DNA of 64,000 nt from Octopus sinensis (lineage: Eukaryota). The position numbers and the translations under genes were made by a program. The notes beneath the pieces were generated by a model that was given only the letters and a program-made list of their open reading frames with translations, did no database searches and was not told where the DNA came from. Position 1 is the first letter of the stretch. Every line of letters begins with the position of its first letter. This document shows positions 12,748 through 26,155 of this stretch, in pieces. The stretch is from positions 171,058,001 through 171,122,000 of the forward strand of contig NC_042999.1 in NCBI RefSeq assembly GCF_006345805.1. The letters are read 5' to 3'.

Positions 12748-13720
12748 CTTTGCGCAGCTTCTAACACTGGATATGTACAATGGTGCAAGCTCTTCACTAC
12801 AAGTGAACTAAGGTAACTCCCCTTATTTTTCGAGCACCATCAGGAGTATTCGAGCGGTCCCAAGCAGTGCTGTTTTCTGCAAGTGCTCCAGCCTTATTGC
12901 AACCCATATTTGTTCCATGTACTTCTCATGATTTTTACTCACTGTCCCCAGGGCTCCGACAATTATCGGTACACCTACCAACTTTTTTAGCGACTACAAC
13001 TGCTTAACTTCCCAAGCTAACCTGTCATATCTATTGACTTTTCTTTCTTCCTTATCCCATACCATGCTATGTTGTTTTCTTCTGCTCTAACGTTGTGCCC
13101 GCATCTAATCAATCCTCTTCTGCTTCTTTTTCTTGGTACATACAGTCTGTCTGTGTAACCTTTGGGGTGGAGTATCCCATATCTAGTCAGTAACTTCCAT
13201 GTCTTCCTATCTAAGCTGTTTAGTTCGCTTACTGTCCATGCGATTACCCCTGCTCTATATCCAAGTAGTGAAACCGCCGAGGTGTTGATAGCTTCATTCT
13301 TATTTCGTCCGTTTAATTTCGACTTAAGGATCAGTCTCAGCCTGCGCAAGTAGTCCATCTTAAATTTTTCTGTCATTTCTTTCTCCTTCAATTTTTCCAT
13401 TTCCAATATCCCAAATTACTTATAGCCCTCTATTCTATCTCCTTCATATCCTCCCCCGACGGTATCGCTAGCCCGTACATACATTTAGTTTCGCCTCTCT
13501 TCAAAACTAACACACCACACTTTTTCAGTCCGAGCTTCATTCTGATATCGGCACTGAATGTATACACCGTATCAACGAGGTAACTGACTTGCGATTCATC
13601 TTTACCATAAAGTTTGAGGTCATCCATGAATAAGAAGTGGTTGGCTATTTGTTGGCGGTTCTTGAACGCATACCCAGCCTTTGCTTTCCTCAGAACAACG
13701 AGATGAAGATGCTGTGTTAA
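12748..13720 (-). mobile_element. R4/Dong-clade non-LTR retrotransposon fragment (family 1), internally deleted
   Basis: NHFLFMDDLKLYGK, YLRRLRLILKSKLNGRNKNEAIN, LDRKTWKLLT..HPK..DRLYVPRK, then the C-terminus PIIVGALGTVSK..LQKTALLGTARIL. The 3' UTR abuts degenerate (TTA)n. Confidence 0.92.
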
Positions 13721-14127
13721 CGAAATTAGCAACTTAAACAACTCGTTACCACATTACCATGAAAAGCAACAAGAACATCACCAAGATCAAGGACAATTAC
13801 CCTAATTTCCAACAAAGCACTATGCGACATAAACCTCTCCATTGAGATCACTCACATGTGTTGGGCAGAAGATAGCGACAAAGTGGGAATGTCGTGAGAA
13901 CTATTCTAGTAAAGTAGGATGAGAAAAACGTGAAGTCAATGCCAGGTATTCTGACGAGAGGTGACATATTCTTTACATGGACCCTAGTAATTATCTTATC
14001 AGACCCTGAAGTGGTGGAACACAAGTCGATCTCCGTGGCATTTGCACTTAGAACTTCAAGAACTGGAAGAAATGCTGTTGAGCATTTTATTAGATGTGGT
14101 AACGAATTTACCTGATCACTGCCCAAT

Positions 14128-14170
14128 GCATACATACATACATACATACATACATACATACATACATACA

Positions 14171-14201
<31 letters not shown>

Positions 14202-14358
14202 GCATACATACAAAGAAAGAAAGAAAGAAACAAATAAACCTTGTTGTTGATGTTGAAGTTCCAATGCAGTATCCTTAGATCTAAGTTACAAACTGGTTCT
14301 TTCTCTATTGGCAAGGAATATTGAAATAAACTGAATAACGACATGCATACATACATAC
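14128..14358 (+). mobile_element. Isolated 3'-UTR module of R4-clade family 2, flanked by (CATA)n
   Basis: ttgatgttgaagttccaatg...ttctttctctattggcaaggaatattgaaataaactgaataacgacat matches 15020-15122. Confidence 0.8.
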
Positions 14359-14359
14359 G

Positions 14360-15122
14360 AATGTGTCATTACGGTATTACCTACCGATGAGACATGATGT
14401 TGTAGCTAGGACATTCTATAATGAAATCCGTTGGAAGGATAACCCCGAGGACAAAAAATAACAGCCTACAGTATGGTAGAAGCCATAGCCACTTGTAATA
14501 AAAAGGAATACTGGTGGAATGTCCTCGTGAAAACCTTAATAAAATGTAAGCGCAACAAACGTTATATAATGATTTGGGATAGAGAAGAGAAACTGTGCAC
14601 AGTTGTGGAAATAGTTGCCCAGAAGATGTTAACATAAAGCTGAAGCAGTAAAAAAGAGAATGCCTACGCTTAATTACTTAGAAATCTGCAGTTACTCTAT
14701 CCAGATTACAAGTTCAGGTTTACAACTGTAAGTATTGGGTATATCTAACACACTGTCTAATTACCAATCTTGAGAAATTAGGCTTCTCAAAACCAGAAAC
14801 GTGAAACATAATTTGAAGACTACAGATCCAGTCCAGCACTGGAACTGTAAATATCTGTAAAACTTTCCAGACCTTCATAATTTAAATATATATGAACATG
14901 TCTAGATATGCAAATATATGCATGAGAAAACATACATAAAACAAAACATACAAATCTGCACATGTGCATACATACATACATACATACATACATACATACA
15001 TACATACAAAAATACCCTATTATTGATGTTGAAATTCCAATGAAAGTCATGAATCTAGGTTAGAAGCCGGCTCTTTCTCTATTGGCAAGAAATCTTGAAA
15101 TAAAACTGAATAATGACATACA
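14360..15122 (+). mobile_element. 5'-truncated R4-clade LINE (family 2): REL endonuclease region plus 3' UTR
   Basis: YYLPMRHDVVARTFYNEI, YWWNV, IWDREEKLCTVVE, LLRNLQLLYPDYKF, LQIQSSTGTVNICKTFQTFII*. The 3' UTR has an internal (CATA)n and ends in cata. Confidence 0.88.
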
Positions 15123-17111
15123 TCGAATTATATATATCAAATTGACAAAAAATGTTACATATGAATGTTAACTGCGAAAAAAAAATTACAGGAGATTTTC
15201 ACAAAAAATTGGATTCCGTTTCTGGGGATTGGACCAGAGAAATAGATAGGAAGTAAAGTGACATATCTCCATCTTTCAAAGACAGAGCAATTATCGTTAT
15301 GTTGAGGTAGGGATATTTATTAGAATCCCTGGCCGATTGATAACACAATGCGGTTTTTATCGCTGGACAGTCACTTAGGAATGCATGACACGTCTTCAGA
15401 ATTTCGGGCAAGGCCAGGCAACAGACAGAACCTTCTGTTCAACCCCTGGACATTGACTGGTTTCGCAATAGAGAAAAGGTCATGATAATCAGAGTTGAAA
15501 TTTCTGATCTCACTGACTCATTAAAGAAAGCTGTTAAATTATTTTGAGCCTTCATTATAGAGGAAATATATGAAAAAAGTAAAGATTATTCATAAATATA
15601 CAAAAGTAATATATTTGTATGTATGCTCTTAGTTTATATATATCTCAAAATACGATGTAAAACCGATGCTCTGCTATTGATTTTTAATTTTTTTCATTTA
15701 TCTATGTATGAACATCACTGCATGATTGTAATTCAAATGTAAACCCTAGCTGAATATATGAATGGGCCTTGTTAGCAAAATGAAAAAGGATCTCTTCCTG
15801 CTGTTGTTGTTTTTGTTGTTGCTGTTACTATTGTTGTTGTTGTTCTTGTTTATCTGCATATTTATTTATTTATTTATGTACATATTTATTTGTTCTTATT
15901 TATGTGCATATTTATTATTGTCTTTGTTGTTGGCATTGTAGTTACTGCTGATGTTGTTCATGCTTTTGTTTTTTTCTTCATGATGTTGTCTTAGGGATTT
16001 GCATTAATGAGATGAAAATAAAGCAAAACAATTATTTTTCATACATTTTCTTTTTGTTTTTTCATTCACGTTAAAGCCATTTTTTATCCTATTCAATATT
16101 GGAAAAGTAAACTTTGCTTTCAATATAATTTTATATTGTCTTTATTCATTTTTCTTTTGTAACTTTAGATTAGGAAATTTATTTCATTTTATTTTCATTT
16201 CTTTATTTTTTGTTAATGTAAATAATTTTCACACAAACATACATATTAATGTTTTAAGTGTTTGCTTTTCAGAGACGGCAGAGAAATTTTTATATACTTT
16301 TTTAAAGTATAAAATACTCTGTCATAAAACAAATAATTGATTCCATTCTTTGTGACATTGCTGTATTAAATCTATGAGGTAAAATAAATCTTTGAAATGC
16401 AGAACAGACGTGCCTCGTCGAAAGTTGGTTATAAGTTTAATCCAAACTTAGTAATGAAAGCAAACATTTTGTCCGTTATTTTCATGAGAAAAGAACAATG
16501 AAATTAAATTCAATGACAATAAATTTATGTTAGACAAATAAAAAAAATATTTAAATAAAATCCTCCGTATTGTTGTTGAATCTTATCACGTTCAATGGCT
16601 GTTCGTCTAACTCTGTTCGAGAATGGATGTCTAGTGAAGTTGGCTATGCATTTGTGAACTTATTTTCATTGGTAGACAGACTCTAATACAATTAATACTC
16701 ACACGAATATTTATAGCAGATGATCTCTCTCTAGCAGGAGACGACGGTTAATAATATATTCCAGGCAGTAAACGTAAGATTCAAGTATTGTGTAAATAAA
16801 GCAACATAAAAAAGACAATTAATATTATAGTTTTGCTTAGTTACATATGAGCAAATCTATTCGATCCGTGACCATGTCGTCCTTATTTCAGACATAGAAA
16901 TAAATGACTAGACTAGTGAATTTACGCCTTCTTGTCAGATTATTTTCATTCAGATGGTTATAGCTTGAACGAGTTTTAACTGAAATTTCTAGGGAATACA
17001 TAGTATATCATTCGTTTGCATTATAAGTATTGAGTTATGATTCAATGCAATAATTCACACTATGTTGTGATTTTGTTGTAACTCTCTCAATAGACTTAAT
17101 GTTTCAGTTGC

Positions 17112-17163
<52 letters not shown>

Positions 17164-17736
17164 CATTAGTGTGACATATCGGACATGTCATCTGAAAATC
17201 TTGCCTACTATCCGCTAGTATAATTTATGTTGCACCGCATTAAGTGGTATGCCAAATAAACAAGAGGAATATATGATAGCTTCTTGTATCTCTTGAACAC
17301 ATTTCCGCTTGGTTCATGTGAGTGTCTTAAAAGCAACAAATTCCTAAACGCTACACTTAACTATTAATCTTGGCGAGGAAATAACATAGGTCAGTGATAA
17401 TATTGAAACCATTGTGGCAGGCAAAATATTTTGCTTTACAGACGAGCTAGGGCACATGCCATGCGTATTTAGTCCACATAATATGAGATCTCAGTCAAAA
17501 TTTACTCTTCAACTTTTTACCACAGGCATATATGGGGTCATAATAGTACGACAATTTTCAAAACGATGATACATATTAAATTTATTACATAATAAATTAT
17601 ATTAAACGTTATCACAAAATCATTACAACTAAGCTAAGCTCTGTTATTTATGTTTCCGGAAATGCAAGGTTTTTGAATGAGTATTCTGTATCGTTTTATT
17701 TTGAGGAGTGATGGGGAAGCTTCAAAACGCCGACGG

Positions 17737-17774
<38 letters not shown>

Positions 17775-19964
17775 ACACACACACACAAACACGTATATAA
17801 AGGAAAACTCGCACTTGCACACAAATGCACACGCACAAACATATACAGACATAGAAACACGCACATGCATGTGCACGTGCGCACACACATACATAATCAC
17901 ACAACACACACACATGCACACAGACATATATACACGTATATATATACATATATATACAAACACATATATCTATCTATATATATAAATACACATATATCTA
18001 TACATGTGTATATACATACGTATCTATATATATATATATACATACATATATACATACGTATATACATATATGCATGCATACACACAAACATATATGTATA
18101 TATAAAGGCTTCAAGAGGTTGAAGTTCAACCTCTGACTGGGTTCCAACCTCTCGACTCAGATCAATGAGGATCGATTTTACAAGCTCATCCACATAATTC
18201 TACTACAGTCATCTAAGAAATTGGTTGAGTTGGTAGGATGTTGTCATGATACCATGCCCGTCACCTTCATTCGAGAGGTGATGTCATAGGTACCATACAC
18301 TCCAAAGAAAGGGAAAAAATCACCCCAGCTCTTCTATTTCTATCGATCTGTTTATATGTCGCATAGACACCGGTGAGGAAAATAAGGTGAGTTTATTTTA
18401 ATATGAAGCAGTGAACAGAATGGCTAAGTCTTGACCGAACCACCCCCTCACATCGAGCTGCATCACCGCAAGACAGGAATCTTGAAATTAACCGCCGTGA
18501 GTGCAGAGCCTTACGTTCTACCAATAGATCTGTTCAACTAATTAATCCAAGTGATACAACCCGGCCGGCGATACATCGTGCTTCTTTAATGCCACAATGT
18601 TTGCTACCAGCTCATTAGTTCTATTAAAGATGCTATTCAATAACTCAGTTGAGATGCACTGTACTTTTTATGATTTAGCATTCTCAGATTATGATGCGAA
18701 AATATGAAAGCTCATAAAATCATAATAACGATCAAAATTATCAAAATTATCTTGACAGCGTATCAGTGACCCAGAGATCTGCTTTAAAATCATATCACCG
18801 ATACAAAACTTTAACAAAATTGAAATTATTGGCTCTCATGAACTGGAAATAAATTTTGCACTGACTGGATAAGCTAGCAAAAACCCAGAAATGTTAGATA
18901 CCCCTTATTCTTATGTATGCTTTGGTGAATGATGTTCCAAGATGTCCGATGTAGGAAATATCTTCACTATGTATTCTATATATGAGTGAGTAATATAGGG
19001 ATGATAATATTCTCAACGTAATAGCTATGTATACTAACCGCGACAAATGTATGCTGCATGCTGGGCATTCGAGATACATACCGCACACCTATATCACATT
19101 GCACGCAATTTTCATTCCGACTACTTCACTTACATAGTTTGCTTCTTACCGAGGCTACTACAGAAGCCGCTTACTCAAAGTACAATGCAATAAGACAAAA
19201 GTCGTATCCGCGTTTTTGAGAAGCAGACGTTTTCTCCATTCAACGGATCCAATAATAAATCTTGTATAGAGAGAATGTCTTTTAAAATCTATCTGATGGT
19301 ATGCAAGTGAAATTGTTATGCAATGCGAATTGGTGATTTTGTAAGAGGATTTCGCTAACAATATAGGAAATGCTCTGTCACGAATATATATATATATATA
19401 TGTTTACTTCTTTAGATAAAATATTTAGAATGAACACCGTATTGGTTATGAACTTGAATTTTTAGGTACATCATTAAAATTCATTGAGTATGCATGGCAA
19501 AATATATTGCTAAAATACTGTGATATACATTTCCAACAACAATGAAAAGTAATTCTTAGTATTAACAGAAATATCATGCCACACACTTACATCTAACAAA
19601 ACATAGCACAATGACTGACGTATACACACTTAACACGAATGATTTCAATGCAAAAATATGTTTAAATTCAAATTTCACTTTACCTCATAAAATACATAAA
19701 GTATAGTGAGATAAGTAGAATGCTTAATTCTTTCGATTTTTCCTGCTATATTTATCTTTCCGTAAAAATTACGAAACCACGTGAAAATCACAATAGCTAT
19801 ATTACGAAGAAAAGAATAATTTTTCAATTTAATAAAATTCTGTTTGACAAACAAATGGAACCAGTTTCTTCGATAGGGCTGCGAGATTTATTCATACATA
19901 AGGAAATATTTGGAAAACCACCCAAAGTAAAGGTTTCGAGTTTTGAGACAAGGCCAATAATTTT

Positions 19965-20075
19965 ACAGGAAGAGTGTTAGTCAATAACATCAAAACCAGT
20001 GCAAAACTTGTACTTAATCTATCGATCTCCAAAGGATGAAAAGTGAAGTAATTCGGTAAATTTTGAAGTCAGCCC
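19965..20075 (-). mobile_element. Degraded SINE family A fragment
   Basis: acatcaaaaccagtgcaaaacttgtacttaatctatcgatctccaaaggatgaaaag is the antisense of the family A body. Confidence 0.6.
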
Positions 20076-21804
20076 CTAATGAGTCGGACGAAACACTGAA
20101 AAACATTTTGTCTACTGCAATAATGATTGCGCTTGTTCATAACATTAGCGTCATAAAATTATGAAATCGAGATAGCATAAAATTGATATAACTAGCAAGC
20201 AAAATTTTAGAGAATTTTTATAGAGAATATCAGTCATAGAATAGAGAAACCTATATACAATTATGAAGTGATAACCTTAAATTAGACATAAATCTTGCGT
20301 AAATCATTGGATATGGGTGAGAGCTGGAAATTGAACAAGTATTAAAATCTAATGAAGTATCACGTTTTCAGATGATTTTACCATATTTCAGCAACATGTG
20401 AATAATTTCAGATATTGTTAATATAATAGTCACAAGCAACGTATTAATGGTTTCATTTCTAGTAGGTTGATCAAGATCTTACGTAGAATATATCACCACT
20501 ACCAATTTGTATATTCATAAAATATACAAACCTAAATTTTTTAAGTGTGCATCACAGAAAGATGGGTGGGACACAGGACATTTTATATAAAATCTGACAC
20601 AAACGTCTGGAATGTGAGATAGAAACCGGATAGAGAATGTACGCATTAAATGCACAGCATTAATGGTAATGATGCATTTCTTACTAAAAGTAAAGGAAAC
20701 CGCAGTTCGTGTCTATCATTCCAAGACAGGACAGACAATCTCAGGGTGGTCCGCAAAATTCGGTCCTCTAGCTCTTATTCATTTGTATTGACCAACTGAG
20801 CAAAGTGAGGGGACAACAAGTGATTCCTCTCCACCCCATCACAAGATGTCCTGTAGTGTAGTCTAAACGGATACCACGTATTTGCGAAAAGTTTATAAGT
20901 ATCACGCAGTCTGCATACTAAAAATTCAAATATATAGCAGCTCTTGAAAACAAAATGCAGTTATAGCTTTTGGGAAAGTGTAATATCGTGTACGTTAATT
21001 GGCATCCATGTCAAATGTCTAGCCTGTATTCATGCTCAATATCTGCATATGATTTTCGAGAGCAACTGTATATACCAGAGTATGTGAAACCATCTTGGCT
21101 TCAGATACTTCGATGAAGACTAGTAAAACTTTCCTTTACTTAGTTATTTCAGACAAATAGCTGTGGGATTCGGTTACCTAAATTCGTTTCAAAATTATTA
21201 AGTACAGAGCTATAAATGTCACTAATAAGTAACGCATTCATTCCGAACAAATATCGAAGAGAACATTTTTTAACTATTCCTTATTCTTATTGAATTTTAC
21301 TACCATAAACTCATACCGGGTTATCAGACTATTTATCAATACCAATGCGTAAATTCTGCATTAATTCAAATATCAAACGCATGTGGATAAAAGCTTGCAC
21401 AAATCTGTTGTAACGCGAAACTTTGTAAGAGATATCCCCAAACGCTGAATGCATTGTGAACAGAAGCAGAACAGTTAAGTCGAACGGATAAATGGTAGAT
21501 CATAAATTATTAAAGGATCATCGAGATTCGATGATCAAAATGAAGACACACATATATGTTTACACACGCGCGCGCGCGCGTACATACACAATTATAAATA
21601 TGTATATAAATGTATATGTGCCTGTGCATGTGTATGATTTTGTATGCGAATGCATGTCTCATTCTGTGTGTATAACATATTTGTATACTTTTAAGAAATG
21701 GATTTGCGTTCACGACCAGTGAAGTTTTCCGTTTTATCTTTCCCTTTTTCTATAATTTTTTTAAAGATAACATTAGGATTGACATTTGCAGCTATTCTAA
21801 TTCT

Positions 21805-21899
21805 ATGTATGTATGTATGTATGTATGTATGTATGTATGTATGTATGTATGTACGTATGTATGTATGTACGTATGTATGTATGTACGTATGTATGTATG
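21805..21899. repeat. (TATG)n microsatellite
   Basis: Direct reading of the sequence. Confidence 0.95.
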
Positions 21900-23264
21900 A
21901 AAAGAAAAAAGCGCAAATAAATAATAATCTTATTTTCTCATGTTTCATAACACCAACTAGAGGAAGAGGAACACTAACAAATACAAAAAATTATTGTTGT
22001 TGTTATTATTATCATCATCACCATTAATAATAATAATGATGATGATGATGATGATGACGATGCATCAGTAAGTTTTTGTAAATCTTCCAATAGTTCAAGA
22101 AATTTATATAATTTGCACAAAGCGAAAGTATTAGGAATGTTAAAGAAAAAAATGTATTTTGAAAAAGTAGAAGTTTATCATGTTTTTGAAATGGCTTCTG
22201 CTATTACACGATCGAGGTAATATTCCTGTTATGCAAGCAAAATTGTCTTTGTGATAAATTAAAAAAGAAACGTATATATAAAAAGAACAGCAAACGAAAA
22301 GAATGTAGCACGAAAACAACGTTTAGAATAATGTAGAAATATAAAAAAAATTAAATCTGAAAATATAAAATTTGTGGAATAGAGGATATAAAAATATGAA
22401 ACACCAGTCTTGTAAAAATAGGAATAAATTAATTTAACTTATTTTTGTATTTTATTTTGTTAGTTTCTCTCGTGTAAAGATGTCAATTCTCTGTGGTTAA
22501 ACAGTAGAAAGCTTTTGACCAATATAACTGAAAACACCATAGTTTTGAAGAAAGATTATTGATTACTGCATTGAAAAACTTGAAGCAAAATATTTATTTA
22601 TTTCTTAGCTATAAAGTATGTGTATGCGTATAATTACAAGCCGAGTCTACCAAACGACTTAAGCGAAGTATTTTGACTTACTCATCATGCTTGATATTCT
22701 AAGCTAAAGTTCTTCAATTGAAATAGTGTTTGCCTTTCCGTAGGTCACCTTTGCTCGTACCCTATACAAATATAATGGAATTAGTCGAAAGCATAAAGCC
22801 TAATATAATTTAAGAGATAAAATATTCTACTTCCAAGTGGTATTAGTACAGGTTCATATTTTAGTGAACCGAAATTTGGGTATTTGTTAAGGTAGAGGAA
22901 TCATATATAGCTGTCTTATTGTTTAATCTTTTGTTTAGCCTGCCTGAATGATTTCATTTCCCTTTACGATCCTAGATAAAGTGATATTAGCATGCAACAA
23001 ATATTTCACATGCCTGCAAAAGAGAAGTAGATTAGGCAACAAAATATCTGAAACTGGTGCGTAAGACAGCCATAGATTTGTAATAAGTATAAGTCAAACC
23101 TTAATTTAAATATATAATGCATATAAAGTGACATGTTCTACTTACGCATAGAACTATACTATTTGTTTGATTACACAGAAAGCAAGTTCACTTAAAAAAA
23201 GATATATGCATGTCTTCTTGCTTATAAACATTGAGTAGATAATCTTTTATTTGTTTCATTCATT

Positions 23265-23588
23265 TGACAGAGGTCTTTGTAAACCTAATACTTATTCTAT
23301 CGGTCTATTATGCCAAACCACTAGATTACGGTCACGTAAACACACCAGCATCGTTTGTCCAGCGATGGTGTGAGTACAAACATAGAAACACAAACGCACA
23401 AGGACATACACACACATATATACATATATACGACGGGCTTCTTTCAGTTTCTCTCTGCGAATTCCACTCACAAGGCTTTGGTCGGCCTAAAGCTATAGTA
23501 GAAGACACTTGCCCGCAACGCAGTGGGACTGAACCCGGAACCATTTTGTTGGGAAGCAAGCTTCTTACTACACAGCCACGCCTGTGCC
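23265..23588 (-). mobile_element. SINE family B (OK-like), antisense
   Basis: gacgggcttctttcagtttc..cacaaggctttggtcggcc..tagtagaagacacttgccc..cagtgggactgaacccggaacc is the reverse complement of 3492-3800. Confidence 0.9.
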
Positions 23589-23599
23589 TTTTAACTTTT

Positions 23600-23775
23600 A
23601 CTTATTTCAGTCATTAGACTGCAGTCATGCTTGAAGAATTTTAGACCAACGAATCTATTCCAGTAATTGTTTAAAGCCTCGTACATATACCCTCGGCCTC
23701 TTATGCTAATCCGTTAGGCTACGGGGACAAAAACATACCAAAAGATATTGTCTAGGGGTGAGGATGGCAGACACA
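23600..23775 (-). mobile_element. Older SINE family B 3' half, antisense
   Basis: tttcagtcattagactgcagtcatgct is the antisense of the tail; ctacggggacaaaaacatacc is the antisense of the body. Confidence 0.6.
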
Positions 23776-24453
23776 AAGACATATGTATACGCATACACAC
23801 ACCCGCGCACACAAATACACAGAAACGCACATGCACACATACACACGCACATACACACATGCAATCGCACGCGCGCACACAAACATATGCAGTTAAAGGT
23901 AGGAGCTAGAAATACTCAATATAGAAAACAATATACGCTCAAATGCTCTCTGTAAATGTCTTTGTGTCTCTATGTTTCTGTATATGTGTTTATCCTACGA
24001 ATATATTTATAAATCATTCAACAACTACCGTGGTTGAATATATTCTTAAGTCCAACATTTCGTCAATCGCAGTAGCTTCCAAGCTTCACCACTAATTCAG
24101 TTCTGAATTAAATTATAACATGTTGATAGCTTTAAAGAGGACACCTTCTCAGCTACATTTTGGCATAAGTAGCTTGAGATTTGGTTCAGTAGAAAAAAGT
24201 TACATCAAAATATCAAGGGGCAAAGTAAGGCAGATATTCATCTTCAATTAACATAATTTTTTAAATTTTAAATTAAAAGTATACTTTTCTTAGGTTTAAA
24301 TGCATGAGGAATGCATGAGGAATTCAGAATCGCTAGTTGTATTGTAGAAAAATTAGTGGAAAAAGAGTTATCAGGCAAAATGTTACGAAATTTTATGTCA
24401 GTAAGTAAGGATGCAAGGCAGTAACGCTTAAGCAATAAGAATAAAGAATATAT

Positions 24454-25379
24454 TGTTACGAACCTGTCGTCGCTCAAACTCGAACCCGGGACCCTACTAA
24501 GTCGAGCGACGACGATTGACCAGCTCAGTCGAACTGGAATCCGCTACACAGAGAGGATACGGTGGTGGGGGGATGGCAGCGAACTCGAACCGGCGACCGG
24601 AGATAACAACAACAACAGCAGAAAGAGATAGAGAAACGGCGGAAGGCAGTAACTTACATTTAACAACAGTTTATACGAATATTACGACATCAAATAAAAT
24701 GTGATACAAAGCAGATACATTAAAGAAAATAACATGCAACAGAATTAAAAAGAAAACAACAAAATCAAAGGCATGCACGATACAACACAGTCCGGAGACA
24801 ATCAAAACAAATAATGTTCAGCGCAAACAGTTCAAATCAAAGTCTTTCTCTTTCTTCCTTTTCTCTTTTGACACAATTCTTTTTAGTTCTTTACAACAGA
24901 TTGCATCTTACGTCACAATTCTTTTTTTGCAATTTAAACATAAACAAAACATACCGTTACATTTTCTAGTTACAAACTCCTACTATACAACAATCCATGC
25001 CTTCACGCCGCAATCTCCCTTACCTCCTCAATCCTCTGTGTATGTCTTTCTCAACGTTGTCGTTGCCTCTCGCCATCACCACCCTCGCATCGACTGCTGT
25101 CCCTTGCCAATTGACTGTCTCTTCCGGCCCTTTTACTGTCTCAGGCAGAACTGACCTGTTGCCAAACTGATCCCGATGCCAACTGACTAACAAACACAGC
25201 TCGTCGCATTTTAAAGGGTGGTTTCTTAAACTTTCCCTGACCGGAAAAGGGTCAGATGTCTCTTCCAAACCCATTAATCTCTCCAGAAACCGACAGGACA
25301 AAGGCTTTATCTGTCTGCCTGGCGCCAAACCACGAAACCAGACCACAAGCACTCTGTTTCTCAACTGACCTCCACATCA
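24454..25379 (-). mobile_element. Solo LTR (probably Gypsy-type), 926 bp
   Basis: Begins TGTTACG and ends CACATCA, with a 4-bp direct repeat ATAT on both sides (24450-24453 and 25380-25383). CpG-richer than flanks. tttaaaa and tcagtt promoter-like motifs on the minus strand suggest orientation. Confidence 0.72.
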
Positions 25380-25410
25380 ATATTCTTAAAATGAATGCCT
25401 TACATTCTAA

Positions 25411-26155
25411 GGCATCGAGTTGACAGAATCGTTAGCACGCCGGGCGAAATGCTTAGCAAGTCTGTTGTTACGTTCTGATTTCAAATTCCGCCGAGGGGTC
25501 GATGTAATTGACTTAATCCGTTTGTCTGTCCTTGTTTATCCTCTCTGTATTTATCCCCTTGTGGGTAGTAAAGAAATAGGTATTTCGTGTCTTTACGTTC
25601 TGAGTTCAAATTCCGCCGAGGTCGACTTTACCTTTCATACTTTCGGGGTCGATTAAATAAGTACCAGTTTCGCACTGGGGTCAATGTAATCGACTTAATC
25701 CGTTCGTCTGTCCTTGTTTGCCCCCTCTGTGTTTAGCCCCTTGTGGGTAGTAAAGAAATAGGTATTCGTGTCTTTACGTTCTGAGTTCAAATTTCGCCGA
25801 GGTCGATTTTGAGCTACAGATTATTTAATTAATTTTTGTAACTAAACACTTTCAAACTTGCGATATTGTTAGAATGTGTCGCATAGAACAGGTTTTACTC
25901 CTAACATGTTTGACAAAATTTTTGTATTTTAGAAGCGGTATTTCGTCTGTTTTACTTTCTGAGTTCAAATTCTGCCGAAGTCGACTTTTCCTTTCATCCA
26001 TTTCGGATTTATTCAATTAGACGTAGAGATTATTTAATTAATTTTTGAAACCAATTACTTTCAAACTTCTGATACTGGTAGAATGTGTCACATAGAACAG
26101 GGTTTACTCTTAACGTTCTTGATAAAATTTTGTAATTTAGAAGTTATTTCATCAG
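25411..26155 (+). mobile_element. Tandem array of SINE family A-derived units
   Basis: One head at 25411. ttctgagttcaaatt recurs four times. An about 182-bp unit (gtgggtagtaaagaaatagg at 25561 and 25743) and an about 209-bp unit (gattatttaattaatttttg at 25819 and 26028). Confidence 0.88.

Noticed and set aside
13760-14127. Coding-looking segment between two R4 families
   Set aside because: No frame gave a motif I could assign. Left unannotated.
16563-16690. Short frame containing VGYAFVNL, similar to an RRM RNP1 motif
   Set aside because: No RNP2, no convincing splice sites, and a stop follows shortly.
19170-19360. Minus-strand 60-codon frame between possible splice sites (KSSYKITNSHC...)
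   Set aside because: No recognisable homology, and an open frame of this length is expected by chance in 64 kb.
20076-20115. ctaatgagtcggacgaaac, hammerhead-like
   Set aside because: The core is mutated and no stem I pairing could be found.
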